IMG/VR virus record: IMGVR_UViG_3300012348_000120
Source: a virus
Lineage: Duplodnaviria > Heunggongvirae > Uroviricota > Caudoviricetes
Direction: 5' to 3' (one strand)
DNA: 64,000 bases
Shown: positions 8,552-19,562 of the stretch, in pieces
Layout of the letters: each line of letters opens with the position of its first letter
Position numbering within the stretch: the first letter of the stretch is position 1
Program-made: the position numbers and the translations under genes
Notes under the pieces: model-generated
Told to the model about the DNA's origin: nothing
Databases searched by the model: none
Seen by the model: only the letters and a program-made list of their open reading frames with translations

Positions 8552-11500
8552 ATGAAAGATAAAGTATACGATTTTCTTCCAGCGCATTTAAAAAATGGCG
8601 AATTAGAGAATATCTTCAATTCAACTCTTGATCGCGTTTTTTCAAAAGGCGAGGTTGAAAAAATAAGATCATTCGTTGGCAGAAAAGAAAAAGGGATATA
8701 CAGCCGCAATAATTCTTATCTTGAATATCCATTTTTAGATACAGACAGAAACAATTATGGATTGGAACCAGTCTACTCAAATACAAATATTAGAGATAAT
8801 GTATTTTATGATGACCTTCTGAATTTGATATACAATAAAGGCGGATTGATAAACGATCATCGCCGCCTATTCACAAATAATTACAAAACTATAAACTTGC
8901 CAATCGATTCGGATAAGTTTTGTAATTGGGCTATGTATTATTGGGTATACCCAGACTTTGACATTACAATTTCTGGTTCTAATCTGATTCATTATATCAC
9001 AATTGACAAGAATCAAACCAACTGGTGGGGTAAGAATAACTCTTGGTATCACTTTGAAGACATAAAGGGTTTGCTGACAAGCGAAAACAAGCATCTTGTC
9101 AAACAAGCAACCAGACCAATAATTGAGTTTGATAGTCGCTTGGAATTATCGGCAACCAGTTTCAACAAACCATTGTCTGACTTGGACTTTGAAGAGCCAA
9201 CGTTTGCGGTATACAACTCAAATGGTGATACACAGGCTGATGTAAAAATATTCTCATACGTATCTGGAACTGCATCTGATTATCCATACGATGCTGATCT
9301 TATGCTATATCCAAAAATGATTGCAGGCGACTATTACAGTGAGTATTCATTCGTTATGGACTTATCAGAGGATATGGCTGCAAGATTGGATGGAAATGAT
9401 TTTAAAATCTATACTCAAAGTAATTTCCCATACCGAAACGTCAGACAAGAAAAGCCAGAAGGACTTGTAACGCATATCAAACTTGATTACGAGCCTTCTT
9501 CTATCAACGATATTGATGTGTATGTAAATGGAATTCGCCAAAATCAAAATTATTCATATGATGATGGTGTCATAACATTAGATGATTCGACGACTGAATA
9601 CGTTTATGTTGACTACTCAACTCTGTATCCTGTGACTGAAAAGACACAATACTCATATCAATTGGTAAACCCATCAGTTGAATACAACCCAGACAATTTA
9701 AGTCATGTGAACGTTGAGTTTGCATACTCTACGATATTTGATCACTTGATACGAATAATTGAAACAACCGCTGGCCTTGAAGGTCAAGCTATTTCAAACA
9801 ATAACTTTCGTGACTTGGTTGGCTCTGATAAGGTGAAATACAACGACCAAGGAAGCATCATGATAAAAAGTGATGTTGATGTTTCGTTGGCTTATTTCTC
9901 AATAACCAGAGATGACTACAATCCATTTGTAGCTGTTGAAACCTTGTCCTCTGCATATAATAGCTTCAAGAACAAACTTGTTTCAACCATACAAGAAATT
10001 CTAAAATCTGTTGATCAGGGAAACAAGACTGATACGGAAATACTTGAAGAAGCATTGAGCAAAATAGCCATAAACAAAAGCACCGTATACAAAGTATACG
10101 AGGGCATTGGTATGCTTGATTACGGCGTCAAGAACAATCACTATGAAGAACTACAAGTTTCAAATGTGGTTGGATCACTGGAACAGTTTATGCCTTCGTT
10201 CACAAACCCAGTCGTGAATGATAGTGACATTGCGATATATGTAAACGGTGTGATTCAGATATATGGTATTGATTATAGCATTTCTTCCACTGGTGGCGAG
10301 ATACTATTTTCTTCATTTGTCCCAACAATCAATGACGTGATACTGGTTAGACATTATACAAACAGAGAAGATTTGAGAGTTCCGCCTTCTGCCGTGAAAC
10401 TTGGTATAGCACCATCATTTGTTCCTTCATACTCAACCGACAGCGAATTCTCAGAACCAGTTGAGTTTATAGTTGGACACGATGGATCAAAGACACCACG
10501 ATGGAATGACCGAACAGACGATATTCTGTTTGAATATGAAGTTCGTGTGTATAACAAACTTCAGGTGAGAACCACAAACATTGACTATATGAACTTTGGA
10601 GTGTATTCCGCTGCAAATACAGAATACACATATGCAGAAAAAAATCATATTGCATACCCATTTTTCAAAAAGTGGATGGTCAAAAATGAAATAAGCAATA
10701 TGTATAATGATACTTTCAATCCAAACGATTGGAAGACTTGGAACTATTCTGCATTGAATTCAGAATTGCCAGGGAATTGGAGAGGAATATACACTTACCT
10801 GTATGGAACTGAGAACGTATTAGTGGAACCATGGAGAGCGTTGAAACTAAGCCAAAAGCCAGATAATTTTGATTCGCTATATGGAACAAATTATACCAGC
10901 CCGTCATTTTGGGCAATTCTTATTGCTGATAATAACTTAGACATTCCAGTTCCAGTTTATACAAACGGGGATTTGAAAACCATTGACGATCTAATATATG
11001 AGGGTGGTATAACTTCTCAAATAATTGAGACACTAAGATCAGATTGGTATTTTGGCGACTGTTCGCCAATTGAAATGGCTTGGAAACGATCAAGCGAATA
11101 CCCGTTCATCACATTTATTGAAATGATGCTTCAGAAACCATTCAATACAATGTCTGATTATAAGGATCAGATAAGTTACATCGTTTCAATTTACACAAAA
11201 ATACTTGGAATAAACTTCAATTCGGTAAGTAGAGAGAAAAATAATTACAGTTTCAAACTTGGATCAAAACTTGCGGGGTTCGTAAATAACTTCGTTCTGT
11301 TGAGCGAAAACCAATCATTGGTTGACAGTAAGTATACAGAAATACCAACTGACAATTATGATCTATTCATACATGCCAGCGTTCCAAATAAGACAGAAAA
11401 TTTTAGTGCTATTACGATTGAAAAAGTATCACTGGATAAAGTCTATCCTAACTATGATATTTTGAATACCACAGAATACTTGGTAGGTGATATAGTAATA

Positions 11501-14500
11501 AATCCAAGTGACGGAAAATACTATAAGAGAAAAGCAAATGGTCAAACTTCCAAGGAGCAATCGCAGTCTGTATCGTTTGACTACGCAGCTTGGATTTTAG
11601 TTTCGCAACCAAAGATCAAACAGTTTGGTTTCAGAATTCATGGATACATTGATCTTCATCCAGAGTTCCCAGCTTATGAGTGGGACTTTGGAAGTGGAAA
11701 AAAGGTATACGAGACAGTTGGAGACAAAATGTCAATCGCCAACTGGAAGCAAAATACATTCTACCGCCAAAACGACTATGTTCTATACAATCAAGTTCCG
11801 TATGTATGCCTAGAAACACATACGTCTGGAACAACATTTGGTGATTCCTTGACAAAGTGGAAGGCGGTTGGAGTATGGCCACGTGTCAACAAAACATATG
11901 CAAATGGATACAACAAAGTAAATCCAAATCTGATCAAGACATACAAGTATGGAGAAGTTCTATCCTCCGTTGATGATGTTGTGCATCTTTTGGTTGGATA
12001 CCAAGAGTATTTGGTGTCAAGAGGTTGGAAATTTGTTGACATATTTGAGAACTCATCACCGATTGATTTTGAAAGTCTAATTCCACAATTCTTGGATTGG
12101 AGTGCAGAAAATCATTCTGTTGGAGAATACATTTCACTAACTCCTATAAAAGAGAATGGAGAATTCTCTGCGCCACATGGTGTTGCAAAAGTTGGTAAAG
12201 ATACATTCAAGAACTTTTATCGTGTAGTTGATGCAGGCGGAAACAAAATTTCTGAAAACGACATCAATTTCTACTCAACAGGGAACACGTTGTCTTGGGA
12301 GTCGTCAATTCCAGTGTATGGAATGATGATTGATGTAACCGACATTGAACATGCATTTGTTGTTGACAGAGTGGATTCATACAATGACATCATATATGAT
12401 CCTTTGAACCACAACCGAAATCTAAGAATGATGGTAGACTGTAACCGTGCCACTGGATGGGATGGAACAATGACAACCGAGGGATATATTGTTTATGGAA
12501 ACAAGATGATTCCTAACTTTGAAACAGTGATTGACGAAATTCAAAATTACAGAGACACTATACTTGATCAGAGCTTAGAAAGCATAAACCTACTAAAAGC
12601 AAGTCAAATTGGCTTCTTCCCACGTGAGTATTTCAATCGTATGGGAATAGAAAGAGAAAGTCAACTCGAATTTTACAAAGGATTCTTGGCTGGTAAAGGA
12701 ACCAAGGGAAGTATAAATCGCTTGGTGAACTTAGAAAGCAACATAACTGATATTGAAAACAGCGATGTTTGGGCGTTCAAAGTTTCAGAGTATGGAAGTA
12801 ATAACTCACGCAGAAAAGAATCAACTGTTGTAAACATATCAGATTTGAAGAAAAGTCCATATGTTGTTACATATGAAAATATGCAATATCCTATGGAAAC
12901 AACCACTGCTATTTCTTCTGTTCCAATAAAGACCTCTGGGTATGTCAATTCAACTGACGTAACACATGTTGTTATGAATTCAACCCAACTTGGTTCTCTG
13001 GATGTGTCAAAGATATACGAAGGCGACATAGCTTGGGTTCAGTTTGATGATGACAGAGAATGGGATACTCGTCGCCTTAGTGAAATAGCCGAGATAGTTT
13101 ACCTTGGTGAAACCCCTGACGCGCAGCTTTATATCGCACTTACAAATGAAATTAGCACCGACAGTGAAGTTTTCCTTCGTATTGTGTCAAGTGGAATACA
13201 GCCACAAATCCAAGGATACTACTATCCAGTATTTGAATCCACTCAAACATACAACGGAATGACCGTTTATCTATATCTAATTTTTGATATGAATTACGAA
13301 GCAGTTATTGTTGAAATAGATACGTCAACAAGTAATAGCGTATACGTTCCAACTCAAACTATTCCATACGTAGAAGCGAATGGATCAGTTGCAAATCCAG
13401 CAATCGTTGACGGTGATACAATTGTCATAAATGGAATTTCATACACTTATGATGAATCTGGTATTGGAACAAACCGTGTTCAAATTTACGGCTCAGAATA
13501 TGCCGTAAACCCATTTGTTCAAAGTGGAGAAAGAATACGAATTTCAGTATTTGATAGTCTTGGTCAGTTGGTAAACAACAACACAACTGTTACATTCACT
13601 GGAACAGTAGCGCAAACAGCAACAGATTTGGTTTCCGAAATAGGAGATCAGATCAGTATCGATGGCACCACTCTTACCATCGCAGCAAGTTTGGATTCAC
13701 AGATCGTTATAATATCAGACAAGACTGAAACCGCACAGGTTCCAGTTGGATCAACTATTACAGTTGATGGCGATGTTGTTGCCACATTTGAAAATGTAGT
13801 AGCAATCGGCACAAATATCAATCCAACTTTGGCATCAACAAAAGCACTGAGTGTAAATGGAACTGTTATAACTTTCACAGTCCCAACTGGAACCATAACT
13901 GGAACCAACTCATCTGAGACGTTCACTAACGTATCAACACCAGTTGCATCAGTGCAATTGACATCAAGTATGACAAACTACTTGCCAGGAAACATAACAG
14001 TTGACAATGGCGTTGCGGCCCCATATGTTCTTACAACTGCTGATTATGTGTATAATAGTAATACAAAAGTCATAACTTTTGACACTCCAATACTTGATGG
14101 TCAAGTAGCTGATGTTGCCACCGAAACACAAACAATAGTAGTTGATGGCATTGAAACCTCGTATACCTTGACTGGACCATTCAACACCGCTGACAGAATT
14201 ATTGTTACTGACTACGTAGAGGGAACTGATTATACAATAAGTGGATCAAATATTGTCTTCACCACTGCACCAACTGTTGATGTAATTGTAACCTACGAAA
14301 CTGACGTAATGGTGGATCAAGATGGAACAGTATCATTGACTGTTCAACTTGTTGCACAGCCAGTTGCACAAGTTTTGGATATTGATGATATAGTTTCAAT
14401 CATAAATGCGTCATCTGCACCAGTTGTCGCAAGTAAGACCATATCAAACGCATTGCAAATATCATATTCTGGACCTATACTTACTATGAATGGTTCTGTG

Positions 14501-17500
14501 TTGATAGACTTCGGAATGTCAACAACAAGTTCATACAGAAAGACCGCATACGAGGGGGTTGTTTCTCAAATAGATGCACAGCCTAATTTGGTTTCATATT
14601 TGAACGCAGATGAAAAAATTGTAATAAGCACAACTCAGGATAGTATCACTCTTGGCGGAACCGCATTGATTCACATAGGAATCGATGATGGTCAATACAA
14701 CGCAGTTGCTTCTCCTGATCGCAATAGTGTAGTCAGTCAAATCAATGCACTGAGTATTCCAAACATACAAGCAAGTCTAACCACAAATGGAATACAGATA
14801 TACAAGAACAATCATTTGTTGACCATAACCGAGATCACATCTGGAGCCATGAACCGTCTTGGCTTTGCCAGTGCAACTGTGACTGTAAACTCTGCACTTC
14901 TGATTGCCGACCAAATAAATAGCCAAGCATTCGGGGATGATTCTTCTGTTGGTCTGGCAAGCGTAGAGAATAACAGAATTAAGATAATCAGTCCACAAAA
15001 ATCTATAACAATTTCCAGCTTGAATGGAAATGCGCTGGATTCTATCGGCATTCCAACTGGAACTTACTTGGCAACAACATCGGTTCTTTCTCCTTCTGTT
15101 GCATTCAAAGACCAAATAAATGCAGTAGCGGATGACGTTGTTGTGTCAATTTCAAGTGATGGCAGAATGATATTTGTCGGAAGCAACAACGTGATTTCGT
15201 TTGTTGGAACTTCACAAGCATTGTTAGATAAAATTGGGTTGTATAAAGAATACAGTAGTATCACAAGTAGCAATGATTTTAAAGTGATGGACTGGAAATC
15301 AGTTCGTTATACTCCAAATTATAATGGAACATCGTTCTCACAATTCTATGATAACTTGGGATTGAATGGGACTTCATACATTTGGGCCGATGACTATGAT
15401 GGTAATGGTTGGGTAGTTCTTAACCGAAGTGAAGATGGGACATTGATTGTCACTCAAAGACAGGCACCACGTGTCAACGTTGAAAACATCAACCGATTGA
15501 TAATAACAGATGACCAAACCAATCATAGAATTTATAGTCTATATGACCCATTGAATCTGAAATTCCCAGGAGATGTCGGCGCTAAACTTTCCTATGTATC
15601 GTGGCAAGACCCTGCTCAGTATGAGTTTGATATTACAATGGACAAGTGGGCAGAAAATCACATCGGTGAGATGTGGTGGGATACCACGAGTGCAAGATAT
15701 TACCGATACAATGACTATGGTGATCAAAACGGTAATATTGTTCTGGACTTCGCAGGAAAGTATTGGGGCAAGTTGGTTCCAAGTTCAGAGGTAAAAGTGT
15801 ATCGTTGGAGTTCATCAACGGTGTTGCCTGATGATGTTACAAAGTATAACAAAGTTGTCTACATTGACCCATACACAAATAAAAATACAGAGAAGTATTA
15901 CTTCTGGACTTCTGAATCTATTGATCAAGAAGAAAACGATTTAACGCCATCTGATATAAAAATGATGATTGAGAATAGATCGCTGGTTGATAATTTCTTT
16001 CCAGTATCAAGCAACACTATATTAGTCTCAAACAGTAAACAGGTATTAAGAGGCGACCGAGTTAGATTCAATCTTGATTACTATGCAGACTCTTCAAGAA
16101 ATGAAACTCATAGTGATTGGCATCTGGTTTCTGAAAAGGATTCCCGACCTATACCCGATGACCTATGCCAAGAATTCATCGATTCAATTGCAGGAGCGAT
16201 TGTCATTGAAAGTCTGTCATCCACAATTGTGGCTGAAGAAATAGATAATATTGGAAACATCGTAATATCTGGAATTGACTTTCTAAATTACTGTGACTTC
16301 ACTAATTCCGTAGTCACTGTAAATTCAAAGATTGTTCCAGTTTCATCTCTTGATTACACTGGTGATACGCTGACTATAAACTACTCATACGCAGCAATGA
16401 TTGGTGACGTTGTGAGAGTTTACCAACTTTCATCTGATTTCAACAACTGGTTTAAGAACCTATCAGAAGCTCGTCGCAATTTTTCTTATATTGTGAATGA
16501 GTATATGAAGAGAAAGTTCATTAGTGGATTTGCTTATAATTGGGATGAATATGTATACAATTATGAAAACTCAATCATATCGTTAGACTATTGGTCACTG
16601 AATGAAAAGTATGATTCTATACCATATTACGAATATCTGTCAAAAACAAAAACATTTGATATGAATGGACTATATGCGTCTGGAATTCAATCATTCCGTG
16701 TTTCAACTGATGTTGATGAGTATTACTTCCCAGTTGATGGACATTTGAGAATGGTTCATAGAACTAATTCTTCTATGAGAGTATCTTATGAGAATTTTAT
16801 TACTCCAGCACTGTATTCTGAGTATTATATCAATGGAATTTCTGTCCAGACAATTGAATTCATGAATATGATGAAGGCATACGCAGAACCAGAGTTTATG
16901 AAGAGCTTGTTTATTGAAATGGTAAAGTATATGCTGACTGAAAAGACATATCCAGATTTCGTTTTCAAGACAAGCTATTTTGACTTAATGATGAAAAACA
17001 ACGGATTGAAGCAGAGTGCAATCTATCTAAGAGACTACTACGAAGATATGATAGACTATGTAAATGACACAAAGCCATATCATGCTAAGATACGAAATGT
17101 GACAAATCATTTTGACATTCAAGAGGATGTTGGTAGTAGCGTCACCGAAATCAATAATATGAACATTCGTCTGAAATTTGGAAATACTGATTACTATACC
17201 ATTGTGGTGGACGAAGCATTTGATGCCGATCCAATCATTTATGACATTGACAAAAAATTCAATCCATCATCCGATGAGTTGTCTATATCTGTATTCATCA
17301 ACGGTGTTGAAATAAGAGATCAATATTATACGATAGAAAATGGCAACTTGGTGTTCAACACTAACGGTGATATTCTGGATGGTTCAACAACTGGTGCAAT
17401 CAGTGTTGAAGTCGGAGACAGAATCATGGTTGTGAAGAACATAAGTCGCTATGCATTGCGCAAAGTAGATGGAAACAATGCCATAAATACCGAGAATAGC

Positions 17501-17956
17501 TATGACGGCGGAACTTTGATTCAGACTGTCAACTCATACACCAATAATGGATATGGAATAGATACTGGATACATCAACTCAAAGTCAAGAGACATACTTG
17601 TATTGTCACAAACTGACTATACAGATCAGACAAGAACAACTCTGAGCGGTAAGAAGTTCTATGTTTACGATCAGTTTGGTAGAGGTTATATTGTTGAAGT
17701 TGATCAGATAGGAACCATAAGCCAGTTTGATGGTGCGTCAGTTGTTGTAAACCAACAAAGCTATTTTAAGTCTGCAAAGGGAGATACAAAGAGATTGTCA
17801 ATTCTGGACAATGGTTCTGAATTAGAATTTTTCCTTTATGACAAAAAGGATGGAACTGAGTTGCGTATTTCAGATCGTGGAATATACACTGGTAAAATGG
17901 CTAATTTCTCAAACGGCGATACTATTTACAGTGTTAAGTCGGTAAGCGAAATATGA
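8552..17956 (+). CDS. Giant (3134 aa) virion/baseplate structural protein
   Basis: Directly follows gp6. Contains VYVNG-type beta-sandwich repeats, a CBM5/12-like segment (WKQNTFYRQNDYVLYNQVPYVCLETHTS), flagellin-IN-like repeats and C-terminal YVNDTKPYHAKIR. Size and position match jumbo-myovirus baseplate giants. Confidence 0.75.
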   Translation: MKDKVYDFLPAHLKNGELENIFNSTLDRVFSKGEVEKIRSFVGRKEKGIYSRNNSYLEYPFLDTDRNNYGLEPVYSNTNIRDNVFYDDLLNLIYNKGGLINDHRRLFTNNYKTINLPIDSDKFCNWAMYYWVYPDFDITISGSNLIHYITIDKNQTNWWGKNNSWYHFEDIKGLLTSENKHLVKQATRPIIEFDSRLELSATSFNKPLSDLDFEEPTFAVYNSNGDTQADVKIFSYVSGTASDYPYDADLMLYPKMIAGDYYSEYSFVMDLSEDMAARLDGNDFKIYTQSNFPYRNVRQEKPEGLVTHIKLDYEPSSINDIDVYVNGIRQNQNYSYDDGVITLDDSTTEYVYVDYSTLYPVTEKTQYSYQLVNPSVEYNPDNLSHVNVEFAYSTIFDHLIRIIETTAGLEGQAISNNNFRDLVGSDKVKYNDQGSIMIKSDVDVSLAYFSITRDDYNPFVAVETLSSAYNSFKNKLVSTIQEILKSVDQGNKTDTEILEEALSKIAINKSTVYKVYEGIGMLDYGVKNNHYEELQVSNVVGSLEQFMPSFTNPVVNDSDIAIYVNGVIQIYGIDYSISSTGGEILFSSFVPTINDVILVRHYTNREDLRVPPSAVKLGIAPSFVPSYSTDSEFSEPVEFIVGHDGSKTPRWNDRTDDILFEYEVRVYNKLQVRTTNIDYMNFGVYSAANTEYTYAEKNHIAYPFFKKWMVKNEISNMYNDTFNPNDWKTWNYSALNSELPGNWRGIYTYLYGTENVLVEPWRALKLSQKPDNFDSLYGTNYTSPSFWAILIADNNLDIPVPVYTNGDLKTIDDLIYEGGITSQIIETLRSDWYFGDCSPIEMAWKRSSEYPFITFIEMMLQKPFNTMSDYKDQISYIVSIYTKILGINFNSVSREKNNYSFKLGSKLAGFVNNFVLLSENQSLVDSKYTEIPTDNYDLFIHASVPNKTENFSAITIEKVSLDKVYPNYDILNTTEYLVGDIVINPSDGKYYKRKANGQTSKEQSQSVSFDYAAWILVSQPKIKQFGFRIHGYIDLHPEFPAYEWDFGSGKKVYETVGDKMSIANWKQNTFYRQNDYVLYNQVPYVCLETHTSGTTFGDSLTKWKAVGVWPRVNKTYANGYNKVNPNLIKTYKYGEVLSSVDDVVHLLVGYQEYLVSRGWKFVDIFENSSPIDFESLIPQFLDWSAENHSVGEYISLTPIKENGEFSAPHGVAKVGKDTFKNFYRVVDAGGNKISENDINFYSTGNTLSWESSIPVYGMMIDVTDIEHAFVVDRVDSYNDIIYDPLNHNRNLRMMVDCNRATGWDGTMTTEGYIVYGNKMIPNFETVIDEIQNYRDTILDQSLESINLLKASQIGFFPREYFNRMGIERESQLEFYKGFLAGKGTKGSINRLVNLESNITDIENSDVWAFKVSEYGSNNSRRKESTVVNISDLKKSPYVVTYENMQYPMETTTAISSVPIKTSGYVNSTDVTHVVMNSTQLGSLDVSKIYEGDIAWVQFDDDREWDTRRLSEIAEIVYLGETPDAQLYIALTNEISTDSEVFLRIVSSGIQPQIQGYYYPVFESTQTYNGMTVYLYLIFDMNYEAVIVEIDTSTSNSVYVPTQTIPYVEANGSVANPAIVDGDTIVINGISYTYDESGIGTNRVQIYGSEYAVNPFVQSGERIRISVFDSLGQLVNNNTTVTFTGTVAQTATDLVSEIGDQISIDGTTLTIAASLDSQIVIISDKTETAQVPVGSTITVDGDVVATFENVVAIGTNINPTLASTKALSVNGTVITFTVPTGTITGTNSSETFTNVSTPVASVQLTSSMTNYLPGNITVDNGVAAPYVLTTADYVYNSNTKVITFDTPILDGQVADVATETQTIVVDGIETSYTLTGPFNTADRIIVTDYVEGTDYTISGSNIVFTTAPTVDVIVTYETDVMVDQDGTVSLTVQLVAQPVAQVLDIDDIVSIINASSAPVVASKTISNALQISYSGPILTMNGSVLIDFGMSTTSSYRKTAYEGVVSQIDAQPNLVSYLNADEKIVISTTQDSITLGGTALIHIGIDDGQYNAVASPDRNSVVSQINALSIPNIQASLTTNGIQIYKNNHLLTITEITSGAMNRLGFASATVTVNSALLIADQINSQAFGDDSSVGLASVENNRIKIISPQKSITISSLNGNALDSIGIPTGTYLATTSVLSPSVAFKDQINAVADDVVVSISSDGRMIFVGSNNVISFVGTSQALLDKIGLYKEYSSITSSNDFKVMDWKSVRYTPNYNGTSFSQFYDNLGLNGTSYIWADDYDGNGWVVLNRSEDGTLIVTQRQAPRVNVENINRLIITDDQTNHRIYSLYDPLNLKFPGDVGAKLSYVSWQDPAQYEFDITMDKWAENHIGEMWWDTTSARYYRYNDYGDQNGNIVLDFAGKYWGKLVPSSEVKVYRWSSSTVLPDDVTKYNKVVYIDPYTNKNTEKYYFWTSESIDQEENDLTPSDIKMMIENRSLVDNFFPVSSNTILVSNSKQVLRGDRVRFNLDYYADSSRNETHSDWHLVSEKDSRPIPDDLCQEFIDSIAGAIVIESLSSTIVAEEIDNIGNIVISGIDFLNYCDFTNSVVTVNSKIVPVSSLDYTGDTLTINYSYAAMIGDVVRVYQLSSDFNNWFKNLSEARRNFSYIVNEYMKRKFISGFAYNWDEYVYNYENSIISLDYWSLNEKYDSIPYYEYLSKTKTFDMNGLYASGIQSFRVSTDVDEYYFPVDGHLRMVHRTNSSMRVSYENFITPALYSEYYINGISVQTIEFMNMMKAYAEPEFMKSLFIEMVKYMLTEKTYPDFVFKTSYFDLMMKNNGLKQSAIYLRDYYEDMIDYVNDTKPYHAKIRNVTNHFDIQEDVGSSVTEINNMNIRLKFGNTDYYTIVVDEAFDADPIIYDIDKKFNPSSDELSISVFINGVEIRDQYYTIENGNLVFNTNGDILDGSTTGAISVEVGDRIMVVKNISRYALRKVDGNNAINTENSYDGGTLIQTVNSYTNNGYGIDTGYINSKSRDILVLSQTDYTDQTRTTLSGKKFYVYDQFGRGYIVEVDQIGTISQFDGASVVVNQQSYFKSAKGDTKRLSILDNGSELEFFLYDKKDGTELRISDRGIYTGKMANFSNGDTIYSVKSVSEI

Positions 17957-17971
17957 CACTCAATATAATTG

Positions 17972-17978
17972 ATAAATA
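17972..17978 (+). promoter_or_regulatory. T4-type late promoter (ATAAATA)
   Basis: gATAAATA about 30 nt upstream of the ATG at 18008. Confidence 0.6.
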
Positions 17979-18007
17979 TAATAAATCAAAACGAAGAGAG
18001 ACAATAT

Positions 18008-18667
18008 ATGTTCAATGATAAAATAGAACCGTCAATCGTTGGTTCTCTTGTAATACGAGACAAGAACACTGGCGAAATTTTGGTAAAAAAGAAAAACGCT
18101 ATTCACCAAGGAAATATGGCATATATTATTGCTTGTGCTTTGGCAGGAACCCCCACATCAGTAAATGTTGGGGGCGGTTCCACGCCAATAAACTGGATGG
18201 CGTTTGGAAATGGAGGTTCGGTGTCAACTACCACGTTGGCATACCGTTCACCAAGAGTTTCCACAATTTATGATGAACAGAGTATGGCGACAAGTAGTTC
18301 AAACTTGTATTCAAAGACCTACGAAACCCAAGTTTCAAGTGTGGTATATTTTCCTGGCCAAGCATTGAGTGAGACAGAGTATGTGCCAAACAGCACTGCA
18401 AAAATTGTATTTACTGTTGAACTTGATCATAACGCAATAGCTGAGTATACAGGTGTTGCAGTTCCAGAAAGCGACAGTTCTACAAATGAAACTTCGGTAA
18501 ATACATTTACGTTTGATGAACTGGGGCTTATTGCAGGTGTCACCGAAGCTGGTGTTATGCAAGAAGACAAATCATTATTGGTCACGCATGTGGCATTCCA
18601 TCCTGTTTTGCTATCTGCAAACAGAACAATCATAATTGATTACACAATAACAATTCAGGTAAGCTAA
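18008..18667 (+). CDS. Baseplate/tail-collar-like virion structural protein
   Basis: KKNAIH, MAFGNGG, FTFDELGL, LVTHVAFHPV and IIIDYTITI resemble tail-fibre collar/baseplate attachment proteins. ATG 18008 chosen over the upstream TTG. Confidence 0.6.
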   Translation: MFNDKIEPSIVGSLVIRDKNTGEILVKKKNAIHQGNMAYIIACALAGTPTSVNVGGGSTPINWMAFGNGGSVSTTTLAYRSPRVSTIYDEQSMATSSSNLYSKTYETQVSSVVYFPGQALSETEYVPNSTAKIVFTVELDHNAIAEYTGVAVPESDSSTNETSVNTFTFDELGLIAGVTEAGVMQEDKSLLVTHVAFHPVLLSANRTIIIDYTITIQVS

Positions 18668-18676
18668 GAGAGAATA

Positions 18677-19549
18677 ATGGCAGTAGGAAGCATAATAAAC
18701 GCGGCAGACATCGCAACGCTACGAACCACACTTAACACTGTTTTAAATGGTAGTGCGGTTGGAAGCGGTTACAATCAGGCAACAACAATTGTTGCAAACC
18801 CAGCTATTGGAGATATTATAGATGATGCATATCATGACAGTGTGTATGCTGCAACTGGAATTCTTGCAAACTACTATAACATAGCCAATCCATTCACTGT
18901 TGTCAATGCGCCAAACATCATTTTTTCATCTGAATATGAGGCGCAAGTAAGCACACTTAATACGACAATAAACACGCAACACTCTGCGCCTTGGACATAT
19001 TCTGCTGGTTGGGATACCACTACCGCAACAGAATTAACATCCGCAATTTCAAACTGGAATGGATCGAAAACATTTGACTTCAACGTTGCGTTTTCGTCAA
19101 CTGCACATATGAACTCATGGTTTACCGCTGGTGGCGAAATACGTATCAGTGCTTCACATTCATCTGCCGCTTCTCCACAGGCAATATCTTGGCAACAACT
19201 ATGCACTGAGTTGGGAACATTCAGAATTTCTGTCCGTCCAACTGATACCACTGACGTGAACTTGTCTGTGCGAAAGTTGTATAACGATCTGACTGGTGCA
19301 TATGCAAACGTAAAACTTATTTTCGCGGATGCAACAAGTTATGCTGCGAACTATATTCAAATTCAAGCGTATAAAACAACAACCGCTGTATTTGTAAGAG
19401 TGATACTCAACGATGCTCATGTCAACGCTTTTTCTGATATTGTAACTGGAACTACTACCGCCACTGTATCATCATTAAAACTATCGAATGCCGTTGGTTC
19501 AGTGAACATAACCAATCCAACATTCACATCAACCGCAGTGTTCGTATAA
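18677..19549 (+). CDS. Virion structural protein (paralog of the next gene)
   Basis: T/A/S/N-rich; G..GY.Q and WFTAGGEIRI motifs shared with 19563-20492. Confidence 0.6.
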   Translation: MAVGSIINAADIATLRTTLNTVLNGSAVGSGYNQATTIVANPAIGDIIDDAYHDSVYAATGILANYYNIANPFTVVNAPNIIFSSEYEAQVSTLNTTINTQHSAPWTYSAGWDTTTATELTSAISNWNGSKTFDFNVAFSSTAHMNSWFTAGGEIRISASHSSAASPQAISWQQLCTELGTFRISVRPTDTTDVNLSVRKLYNDLTGAYANVKLIFADATSYAANYIQIQAYKTTTAVFVRVILNDAHVNAFSDIVTGTTTATVSSLKLSNAVGSVNITNPTFTSTAVFV

Positions 19550-19562
19550 TCGGAGAGAGTGT

